Assembly: GCA_963719315.1 (NCBI GenBank)
Contig: CAVRBU010000003.1
Coordinates: 160,001 to 224,000 of the forward strand
Length of the DNA: 64,000 bases
Reading direction: 5' to 3'
Source: an uncultured Planctomycetota bacterium
GTDB lineage: Bacteria > Planctomycetota > Planctomycetia > Pirellulales > Lacipirellulaceae
Positions 20,714-29,149 of this stretch are shown here, piece after piece; positions within the stretch are counted from its first letter, which is position 1, and each line of letters starts with the position of its first letter. Under the pieces are notes generated by a model. It was given only the letters and a program-made list of their open reading frames with translations. It was not told the DNA's origin and made no database searches. Position numbers and translations under genes: made by a program.

Positions 20714-21643
20714 ATGAAGGTTAGGCAAATTATTCTGACGCCGGCCGTCCTCTTGGTGGCCGGCACATGGTCGGCGGCCCAACAGTACGCCCCGTCCGCG
20801 CGCCGATGGCGACGCCTTACCCCGTAGCGACGTCTCCCGCCGTCGTAAATGCTCAGCCGTATTTGCAGCCATCGACGGTTGTTGCCCAGCCCAGCCCGCA
20901 AGGAATACCCATCTACCCTCCAGGCTCGACGGTCGTGCCGTTGCCGAGTCAAACGCCCGGCTCGATCTTCGGTCCGCCTTCTGTTTTGCCGGGAGCGCCT
21001 GTCGTCACAGTACCGCAAGGAACGGTTGGCCCCGAGCAATTGCCGCCGCCCCCCAGTGTAGCGCCCGTCCTAGTCGGACCGGGAGTGCCTGCAGTCGCGA
21101 TACCCGGCCCCGCGAATCCGATTTCGGTGCCCGTCGTGGATGATGAACTGGCGTGGGATCAAATTGCCGACGTTGTGAGCGACTACTTTACGATCGCGCG
21201 CGAACAGCGCGCGGCGCGGCGGTGATGGATTGCTGACCGAAGGCTGCATCCAAACCGTTCCGCAGGACGGTGCAACGGTGCTTGAGCCGCACCGCATGGA
21301 TTCGGTCGGCAGCTTCAATCGTTGGGAAAGCACGTTTCAATCCATCCGCCGGCGGGCCACAGTGCGCGTCGTGCCCGATGCAAATGGATACCTGGTGGAA
21401 GTGATCGTGGAGAAAGAATTGGAAGACCTGGCAAAGCCGGAGAAGTCGACGGCCGGCGCGGCGACGTTTCGCAACGACGGCTCGCTCCCCAGCAGCCGAT
21501 TGGAAGAAGTCAGCCGCACGCGCCAATCCCAGCGTTGGATTTCACTGGGACGCGATCCTGCTCTGGAGCAGCGCATGTTGGCCGACATTCATGCGCGGCT
21601 GAACGGCATCACGAGCAGCCGGGTTTCCTTGTTCAAGCAATAA
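20714..21643 (+). CDS. Planctomycete conserved exported protein (two apparent frameshifts, near 20800 and 21215)
   Basis: Signal MKVRQIILTPAVLLVAG at 20714; Pro-rich linker and NPISVP..AWDQIADVVSDYF in ORF 20767; TEG..GATVLEP..STFQSIRRRA..KELED in ORF 21230. Confidence 0.7.
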
Positions 21644-21944
21644 CGGATTCAGCCGTGCTAGCAGTGCGCTCGATCGCCCAGAAAACTTTCCGAGACTCAC
21701 CTGTAATAACCATGAAAGCCGACAGGAGGGCGTCGACGTTGCTCAATCGCTGTAACGGGGCAACACAGCACGCGTTGATGTTTAGTCGACGCCCCCGGCT
21801 GCATCACATGTCTCTAATTACTATTGCCATCGTAATTCTGGTTCGCTAGTTTACTCACCCAATCGAGTGCCAATCATGCAGGTGAAACATTGGAACTGTG
21901 AGGGATCGCAAACGATCCCGGAAAAATCGAGACGAGACCCACTG

Positions 21945-22643
21945 ATGCCCGAACTTATGCGGCCGTTGGCCGAAAGCGCATCCCATCAACTGGCCCGCGA
22001 ACGCTTTGGCCGCGATTCACTTGCCAAAATGTATCCGTCGGAGTACAGCACCCGGTGGCGCGACCGGCGCGAAAAAGCATGCATCCTCGATTGTCTGAAT
22101 GCAATCCCCGCGGGTAGCAAGGTGCTGGACCTGCCGTGCGGTACGGGCCGGATGACGAAACTGCTCTTGGAACGTGGCTATCGCGTAACGTCCGCCGATG
22201 CGTCGGAGGCAATGCTCGCACGAGCTCGGGAGAACTATGCCGCATATCGGAGCCAGCATACACAAGCGCCTGAGGTGCCATTCAGTCTGCGCGACGTATT
22301 GGCCACTGGCTTCGGAACAGACGAGTTCGACGGCGTGAGTTGCATCCGCCTGTTTCATCACTTCAGCGAGTCCGAAACGCGCCGCCAGGCGTTGCGGGAG
22401 TTGCGGCGAATTTGTCGTGGGCCAATCGTGGTGACGTTTCTCAATTCGTTTGCGCTTGATCGCTATTCGTCGTGGCTGAAGGCACGGATTCGCCGCCGTA
22501 AGCCAGAGAATCAGCGGCCGATTCCTTTCAAGACCTTTGCCGCTGATATCGAAGCGGCCGGCCTTGAAATCGACAAAAAAGTCGCCGCCCATTGGGGCAT
22601 TTCGTCCCGTTGGTTTCTGGTCCTGAGCCGACGCACAGCTTAG
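21945..22643 (+). CDS. Class I SAM-dependent methyltransferase (similar to the methyltransferase paired with InaA in Pseudomonas)
   Basis: VLDLPCGTGR, ADASEAML, CIRLFHH..RRQALRELRR; start uncertain. Confidence 0.85.
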   Translation: MPELMRPLAESASHQLARERFGRDSLAKMYPSEYSTRWRDRREKACILDCLNAIPAGSKVLDLPCGTGRMTKLLLERGYRVTSADASEAMLARARENYAAYRSQHTQAPEVPFSLRDVLATGFGTDEFDGVSCIRLFHHFSESETRRQALRELRRICRGPIVVTFLNSFALDRYSSWLKARIRRRKPENQRPIPFKTFAADIEAAGLEIDKKVAAHWGISSRWFLVLSRRTA

Positions 22644-22679
22644 CGGCCGCGAACTCGGCCTCGCTGCAAGGATTGTCGC

Positions 22680-23442
22680 GTGAGCTATCACTCCCGGTTT
22701 GCGTCCGAAGAAACGGCGAAGCTGTTCGCGGCGAACGGGCTGCGCAATCTCGACGATGCATTTTCCGTAGGCGAAGCTGTGGGAGAGCAACATCACCGAC
22801 GGGCGACTCGCCACCAAAACAAGCATGTCGTGAAGTTCGAACTGGCGGCGCCGAGCAGTGTGACCTCGGTATATATCAATGCGCCAGCGGCGCCGAGAGA
22901 GGTGGCTGCCGCGACCGACCGACATCCGTCATCGAATCAATTTACAGTGCTCTCCAGTGCACGAGTGGCGCGGGTTGAAGATTCTCGAGTCTGCCGGGTT
23001 CGACGTATCGGAGCCGTTGGCCGTGTTTTGGAGTGGCTGGGGACTTGCCCGCGGTGCGGTGGTCACCCGGGCGGTTCCGCCCCGCCTGTCGATGGCGGAC
23101 CTGCTGCACAGCGGCGAACTCGAAGCAATGTCAGCGGCACGCCGCAGCGCATTGATCGATGCGGCCGTGAATGTTGTCGTTCGCCTTCAGCGATCCCGCA
23201 TCTCGTGGCGCTCAATGAAGGCAAAGCACTTTTATCCCGAAGAGATACCCGACGGGAGCTGGCGAATCTGGCTCATCGACTGCGAAGGCGTATACCGCTG
23301 GGCCAGCCGGCGCGATTGCGAGCGCGAATGGCAAACGTACTTGAAGTGCTTCACGGCACACGCACCCACATTGCGAGAGGCATTCCTTTCGGCATACGCT
23401 CGTGCGCTGATCGCCGAATTCGGCCTAAAGAAAACCGCATAA
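22680..23442 (+). CDS. Lipopolysaccharide kinase, InaA/WaaP (Kdo) family (frameshift near 22880)
   Basis: LFAANGL..DAF, YI(K)RQ restored by removing one T from atcaatgcgc, EW..L..L..AG, KHFY, WLIDCE. Confidence 0.75.
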
Positions 23443-23508
23443 CACTTGGCGTTTCGATAAGCGCCGAATCGATCGACGAATTCACTATCAACTTATTAGG
23501 TCTGGAAC

Positions 23509-24246
23509 ATGGCTCTCAGTGAAGAATTTCAAGCGCAGGGACAATGGCTGTTTCGCTGGCGAAGTTATTTGCCGCTGGCCATTGCGCCCCTGCTGGTCTT
23601 CGCCGTCGTTCAGGCTGACGGAACATTCGAGACTCGGGCTCACGAAGTGAGCGAGTATGTGGGCTTCGCCATCTCGATAATCGGCCTATTGGTCCGCGTG
23701 ATCACGGTTGGCCACACGCCGGCCGGCACCTCGGGTCGTAATTCCAAGCATCAAATTGCCGACCAATTGAATACGACCGGAATCTATTCGATCGTGCGAC
23801 ATCCTTTGTACTTGGGAAACTATCTCATTGGCCTCGGAATTTCGACAGTTTTGCTGGTGTGGTGGCTACCGGTGATCTATTCGCTGATGTTCTGGATTTA
23901 CTACGAGCGAATCATGTATGCCGAGGAAGCGTACTTGCGACAGAAGTTTGGCGCGGACTATTTGAAATGGGCGGCGCAAACGCCGGCATTCTTGCCGCGA
24001 TTCACACAATGGCGAAAGCCAAACTTGCCGTTCTCGTGGCTCAACGTGCTGGGGCGAGAATATTCCGGTTTAACCGTCGTGGTGTTGGGTCACTGCGGAC
24101 TCGAATGCCTGGAATTGCTCGTCCAACAACATCGAATCGTGTGGGAAACCTTTTGGGCAACCGTGCTCTTTAGTGGCTTGATTGCCTACTTCGCGTTGCG
24201 ACACTTGAAACGGAATACGGCCCTGTTGGAAGTGCCCGGCAGATAA
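23509..24246 (+). CDS. lmtA: Lipid A phosphate O-methyltransferase LmtA-like (ICMT/PEMT fold)
   Basis: MALSEEFQAQGQWLFRWRSYLP, TSGRN, GIYSIVRHPLYLGN, YYERIMYAEE, WAAQTPAF, REY, C-terminal LLEVPGR match Leptospira LmtA end to end as I recall it. Confidence 0.85.
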   Translation: MALSEEFQAQGQWLFRWRSYLPLAIAPLLVFAVVQADGTFETRAHEVSEYVGFAISIIGLLVRVITVGHTPAGTSGRNSKHQIADQLNTTGIYSIVRHPLYLGNYLIGLGISTVLLVWWLPVIYSLMFWIYYERIMYAEEAYLRQKFGADYLKWAAQTPAFLPRFTQWRKPNLPFSWLNVLGREYSGLTVVVLGHCGLECLELLVQQHRIVWETFWATVLFSGLIAYFALRHLKRNTALLEVPGR

Positions 24247-24260
24247 TCCTGAGCCTGAAT

Positions 24261-25079
24261 TCAACGAGTGGAATTAGCTTCCGACGCTGGAATCCCCAGC
24301 CGTGGCAACGGCAGCGCCGTTGCCGTCGTATCCACCTTAGCGATCGGCAACTTGAGCGTGAATGCCGTGCCGACGCCGACGGTACTCTCAACGCGGATTT
24401 TTCCTTGATGCGATTCAATGATTTCGCGGCACATGGCGAGCCCGACGCCTGTGCCCCCTTTGCCGCTCGAGTCGGGGCCCGACTTAGTCGTGTAGTAGCG
24501 GTCAAAGATTTTTGGCAGCGCAGCGGCTGGTATGCCGCCGCCCGAATCGCGGACCGTCAGGTCGACGGTGTTGGCCGTCGTGTCCGGCGCAACACGGATG
24601 AGGATTCGGCCGCCGCGCGGCATGGCTTGCCGGGCGTTAGTCAGCAGATTGAGCAACACCTGCTGAATTTCGTTGCCGCTAACTAGCGCCAGCGGCACAG
24701 GCTCGAACTGCACTTCGATCAGAATGCGGTACTTCTGCATCTCGCGCTCCAGGAGCACGAGCGATGAATCGATCAACTTGGCCAGATCGGTGGGTATGCG
24801 CTCGTGACCGCGGTTGCGGGCGATGCCCAGCACGCCGTTGGTGATCTTTTCCGCCCTGCCGGCGGCAGCCAGAATTTTCGTCAGCGCTTTGTCGCGCGAC
24901 GCTTCATCTTTGTGTCGCAGGCCCAGCTTGGCGTAATTGATGATCGTCGTGAGTACATTATTGAATTCGTGAGTGGTCGTACTCACGAGCTCCCCCAGGG
25001 CGGCCATTCGCCGCGCATGGCGTAGCTCGGCTTCGAGCAGTTCCAGTTTGCGTTCGAGATCAGAGGAGTTGTCGGTCAT
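24261..25079 (-). CDS. Cytoplasmic histidine kinase lacking a sensor domain
   Basis: LGELVSTTTHEFNN (H box), QVLLNLLTNA (N), DSGGGI (G1), YYTTK, GTGVGL (G2). Confidence 0.92.
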   Translation of the reverse strand: MTDNSSDLERKLELLEAELRHARRMAALGELVSTTTHEFNNVLTTIINYAKLGLRHKDEASRDKALTKILAAAGRAEKITNGVLGIARNRGHERIPTDLAKLIDSSLVLLEREMQKYRILIEVQFEPVPLALVSGNEIQQVLLNLLTNARQAMPRGGRILIRVAPDTTANTVDLTVRDSGGGIPAAALPKIFDRYYTTKSGPDSSGKGGTGVGLAMCREIIESHQGKIRVESTVGVGTAFTLKLPIAKVDTTATALPLPRLGIPASEANSTR

Positions 25080-25528
25080 GTAGTGCAATGGTGTTAGCTA
25101 TTGGCCAGGGTGGGTGAGGTTGGGGGCTCAAGGACGATAGGAAGGAATTAGGATGTGGCTGCAGGGAGAAAAATGGCAATGCTGTCTTCCGTCCCGCATC
25201 CTTTACTCGGCATCCTTCCCAGCCTACTGCTAGCTTCCCTCAAAGTCCTCACACATTCGCCTTCCGCCGCAGGAGGGTTCTCTTGCCGGGTCTAGTTGTC
25301 TTAACCTGTTGCTGCCAAAACGCTTGCGTCATAGCCGTTGTATCGTCGTATCTGCCTAGCCGACTGTAACACGGAGCGATAGAATCTGCCCCCTTTTAGC
25401 CGAGTGTAAAGAACAGAAAGATTCAGGTCGAATACTGCGGCCCTAGCAAAGGCTTGCTTTGCCAAGACGCCGCTCGGCTCGATTACGGTGTGCTCTGTCG
25501 AGCCGCGGCAACTACTAGGAGTGCGAGG

Positions 25529-25789
25529 ATGCATACGGTGGAAATGTTGCAAGAAGCAGTGGATACCGCGCGTCGGCTCGGGTACGAAGTCCGGCAAGAT
25601 TGGTTGGGTGGAAACGGCGGTGGTCACTGCCTGGTCCGCGGTCGTAAGTGGCTGCTGCTGGATGTGGCCCAGACGGTCGATGAGCAGCTCGATGTCGTGG
25701 CCGATGCGCTCCGCGACGAAAACGGCGCCTACCGAGCAGTGCGATCACCCGAGTTAGTATTGCGGCTGCATTTACGCACTGCGGCCTGA
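25529..25789 (+). CDS. Small conserved planctomycete hypothetical protein
   Basis: MHTVEMLQEA..RLGYEVRQDWLGGNGGGHC..RGRKWLLLD; AGGAG upstream. Confidence 0.75.
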   Translation: MHTVEMLQEAVDTARRLGYEVRQDWLGGNGGGHCLVRGRKWLLLDVAQTVDEQLDVVADALRDENGAYRAVRSPELVLRLHLRTAA

Positions 25790-25821
25790 GCGCGTGGTAC
25801 GAAGACAAGCCTCGTTGGCCG

Positions 25822-26421
25822 TCATCGCTGTGTGTAAACGGCTTTTTCTGCAATGTAGTCGGCGACTGCATCAGGTATAAGACTATCGCATTGTTGGCCG
25901 CCGGCAATCCGGCTGCGAATCTCGGTGCTACTGATGTCAAGCCGCTGCATTTCAATCAGTCGTGGCTGCGTGGCCGGAGTACAGAGCGGCGCGAGCACAG
26001 CCAGGTCGGGCTCCGGCTCACCGGCGCGGCGAACCACCAGCGGCGTGGATAGGCGAAAGACTTGGCGCGGCTCTTTCCAGCGGGCAACGTCGCGCAGTGC
26101 GTCCGACCCGATCAGAAAAAAAAACGCCGCATCTGGGAGTTCTTCGCGAAGCTGTCGCAGCGTGTCAACGGAATAACTTAGGCCGCCGCGATCGATTTCG
26201 ACCGTGCAAACGCGCCACGTGCTCTCGTCACGAATCGCCAGGCGCAGCATTTCGACCCGTTGATGGTCGGTCGCGTGTGGACCTTGACGCTTGAGCGGTT
26301 GCACTGCCGTCGGCACAAACCAGACTTCGTCCAACGCAACCTGACGTTGGCTCGCTCGGGCCAACGCCAAATGGCCGTTATGCACCGGATCGAAGCTACC
26401 GCCAAAAATACCGAGACGCAT
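25822..26421 (-). CDS. nadD: Nicotinate-nucleotide adenylyltransferase
   Basis: GIFGGSFDPVHNGH, FLIGSD, DISSTEIR. Confidence 0.96.
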   Translation of the reverse strand: MRLGIFGGSFDPVHNGHLALARASQRQVALDEVWFVPTAVQPLKRQGPHATDHQRVEMLRLAIRDESTWRVCTVEIDRGGLSYSVDTLRQLREELPDAAFFFLIGSDALRDVARWKEPRQVFRLSTPLVVRRAGEPEPDLAVLAPLCTPATQPRLIEMQRLDISSTEIRSRIAGGQQCDSLIPDAVADYIAEKAVYTQR

Positions 26422-26424
26422 GGA

Positions 26425-26587
26425 AGTCAAGAGCTAAGGGTCGAGGGTCGAGGGTCGAGAGTTAAGGGTCGAGTGCAGGAGGTGAGTGCAGGCAATAGTT
26501 GCCCGTGCCTGCAAGCGTTACGATACCATTTGTCGTCCCGGAGGCGTTAGGCCTCGTTTTCTGGCCCTCAACCCTCAGCCCTTGACC
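26425..26587. repeat. Inverted heptamer arrays (RGTCGAG)n ... (CTCGACY)n flanking the nadD/priA divergent promoter
   Basis: Seven degenerate units at 26425-26473; TCTGGCC plus three complementary units at 26560-26587. Confidence 0.85.
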
Positions 26588-26594
26588 TCCTCCC

Positions 26595-28895
26595 ATGCCC
26601 TACCAGCAATCACTCTTCGATACCGCGCCCGCGCCGTGGGAAGTGGATGATGCGGCGGAGGCACTCGTGGCCACCGTGGTGATGCCGGGCGGGCCAGAGG
26701 GCGAATTCGATTATCGGGTGCCGCTGGAGATGCTTGAACCTACGCGGCCTGACCGACGGCTCGAACCTGGCCGCCGCGTGCGTGTGCCACTGGGCCGAGG
26801 TAATCGAAGCGTCGTGGGCTATTGTGTGGCGGTCGGCACCAAGCCGACCGGCGGGCGGAAGCTGAAGACGATTGCCAGCATCGTCGATCGCCAATCGCTC
26901 ATCTCGCCTGCTTTGGTGCGTCTCGCCCGCTGGATGGCGGATTACTATTTGTGCCCTTTGGGCCACGCGCTCGAGGCAATCGTTCCGGCCGGAGTGCGGC
27001 ACGAAGTAGGTGCCCGCGATGTGAAGTTCCTGGCCGCGGCGCCCAACGCTCCGGAACGAATCGCCGAGCTGAAACTCTCTCCCAAGCAAGCGGCTGTCAT
27101 GGTGCGGCTGATTGCCAGCGATCGACCGGTCACCGCTAAGCAGCTTGCGGCCCAAGCGGCTTGCACACTCGCGCCGATTAATGAACTGCGCAAAAAAGGG
27201 CTGATCGTTATGACGGTCGAGCGGCAGAACACCGACCGGCTGGAAGAAGAGGCGGCGCCACGGCAGCTCGACCTCGAATTGAACCCCGATCAAGTGCAGG
27301 CGCTCGCCGCGATTCGCGGAGCGCTCGAAGCGGCAATGCATCGCACGATTCTCATTCACGGCGTCACCGGCAGCGGCAAGACAGAAGTCTACATCCAGGC
27401 AATCCAAGAAGTCGTGCGCTACGGCCGGCAAGCTATTTTGCTGGTGCCGGAAATCAGCCTTACGCCGCAAACGGTCGGCCGGTTTCGCGCCCGGTTCGAT
27501 CGGGTCGCCGTGCTGCACAGCCATTTGAGCGACGTGGAGCGACACGAGCATTGGCGACGAATTGCCCGCGGCGATGTGGAAGTCATCGTTGGCGCACGCA
27601 GCGCGATCTTCGCCCCCACGCCACACCTGGGCCTGATCGTGCTCGATGAGGAGCACGAATCCACGTTTAAGCAGGAGTCGGCTCCTCGTTATCACGCCCG
27701 CGATGTGGCCGTGCGCCGTGCCGCCGACCAAAATGTGCCGCTCGTGCTGGCCAGTGCGACGCCCTCGCTGGAAAGCTGGCACCGGGCCCAACGCGGCGAA
27801 TTTCAACTTGTGGAGATGCCGCGCCGGGTCCTTGATCTGCCGATGCCGGTCGTGCGCACAATCGACTTGCGAAACGAAGTGCACAACAAGTTGTCGCGCG
27901 GCGCCATCAGTCGGCCGCTGCACCGCGCGATGGAAGAAGCGCTGCGTGAGGGTGGGCAGGTGATCTTGCTCCTCAATCGTCGTGGACATTCCACGCACAT
28001 CCAATGCCCGTCCTGTGGCCATTCGCTTCGCTGCCCGGCCTGCGACCTCGCGCTCACGTTCCATCGGCAAGATAGCTCGGCCATGTGCCATTACTGCGAC
28101 TATCACTCAACCGCGCCTACCAAATGCCCGAACTGCAATTACCCCGGCATCCGTTTCAGTGGACTCGGCACGCAAAAACTTGAAGCCGAAGTGCGAGCGC
28201 GGTTTCCCGATTTCCCGTGCCTGCGGATGGATACCGATAGCATGCGCGGCCGCGGCAGCCACGAGCAGGCGCTCACAGAGTTTCGCGAAGGGCGACAGCG
28301 AATTCTGCTCGGCACGCAGATGATCGCCAAGGGGCTCGACTTTCCGAATGTTACGCTCGTGGGCGTCGTGAATGCGGACACGGCGATGCACTTACCCGAC
28401 TTCCGCGCGGCCGAGCGGACTTTTCAACTCGTGACGCAGGTCGCCGGTCGCACCGGCCGCGGACCGAAGGGCGGGCGCGTGTTGGTGCAAACCCTGTCGC
28501 CCGATGCGCCCGCGATCGTTGCCGCAGTCCGCCACGACTTGCCCGGATTCGCCGCCCAGGAATTGCCGCATCGCGAAGCGCTCGGTTATCCGCCCTATTC
28601 GGCGATGATTCGGATCGTCATACGCGGTGTGAGCGAACGCGCTTCGCACACGCTGGCCGAGGAATTGGCGCGACGCTTGCACGCGAGCGGAGATTGTGAG
28701 ACGCCCGCAGTTCGCATCCTTGGTCCCGCGCCTGCGCCGATGGCCAAGCTGCGCGATAACTTTCGATTCCAAATCCAACTGCAATCGCCGGATGGCGAAC
28801 AACTTCGCAATCTCGTCCGCCGCGTGACGGCCGGCTTGAAACCGCCGGATAACGTGGCCTGGATCGCGGATGTCGACCCGCTCGATATGATGTAG
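26595..28895 (+). CDS. priA: Primosomal protein N'
   Basis: GVTGSGKTEVY, LVPEISLTPQ, DEEHE, four CxxC motifs, GTQMIAKGLDFP, QVAGRTGR. Confidence 0.98.
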   Translation: MPYQQSLFDTAPAPWEVDDAAEALVATVVMPGGPEGEFDYRVPLEMLEPTRPDRRLEPGRRVRVPLGRGNRSVVGYCVAVGTKPTGGRKLKTIASIVDRQSLISPALVRLARWMADYYLCPLGHALEAIVPAGVRHEVGARDVKFLAAAPNAPERIAELKLSPKQAAVMVRLIASDRPVTAKQLAAQAACTLAPINELRKKGLIVMTVERQNTDRLEEEAAPRQLDLELNPDQVQALAAIRGALEAAMHRTILIHGVTGSGKTEVYIQAIQEVVRYGRQAILLVPEISLTPQTVGRFRARFDRVAVLHSHLSDVERHEHWRRIARGDVEVIVGARSAIFAPTPHLGLIVLDEEHESTFKQESAPRYHARDVAVRRAADQNVPLVLASATPSLESWHRAQRGEFQLVEMPRRVLDLPMPVVRTIDLRNEVHNKLSRGAISRPLHRAMEEALREGGQVILLLNRRGHSTHIQCPSCGHSLRCPACDLALTFHRQDSSAMCHYCDYHSTAPTKCPNCNYPGIRFSGLGTQKLEAEVRARFPDFPCLRMDTDSMRGRGSHEQALTEFREGRQRILLGTQMIAKGLDFPNVTLVGVVNADTAMHLPDFRAAERTFQLVTQVAGRTGRGPKGGRVLVQTLSPDAPAIVAAVRHDLPGFAAQELPHREALGYPPYSAMIRIVIRGVSERASHTLAEELARRLHASGDCETPAVRILGPAPAPMAKLRDNFRFQIQLQSPDGEQLRNLVRRVTAGLKPPDNVAWIADVDPLDMM

Positions 28896-29009
28896 ACAGA
28901 GGGTCGAGAGTCGAGGGTCCAGGGTCGAGGGCCAGAATCGCACAAATAGCGAATGACAGCACAATCGATCGCTCTCTGGCTCTCGACTCTCGACCCTCGA
29001 CCACTGACC
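28896..29009. repeat. Inverted heptamer arrays (RGTCGAG)n GCCAGA ... TCTGGC (CTCGACY)n
   Basis: Left arm 28896-28936, right arm 28975-29009, starting at the priA stop codon. Confidence 0.88.
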
Positions 29010-29018
29010 ATTCCGCAC

Positions 29019-29048
29019 TTGGACCGATCGCGCACCCCGCCTTACAAT
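29019..29048 (+). promoter_or_regulatory. Sigma70-like promoter of the HAMP histidine kinase
   Basis: TTGGAC-N18-TACAAT about 100 nt upstream of ATG 29150. Confidence 0.4.
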
Positions 29049-29149
29049 CAATTGGTCGGCGATGCTCTGAATTGAGCTTGGTCGCTTCGCGTGAGCATGT
29101 TGGCGCGAGCGAGGTTATGGCACCCGCCGCCGTCACAAGCTAAGGCCGC

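Noticed and set aside
26425..26473. CRISPR array
   Set aside because: Contiguous 7-mers without unique spacers; no cas genes in the window
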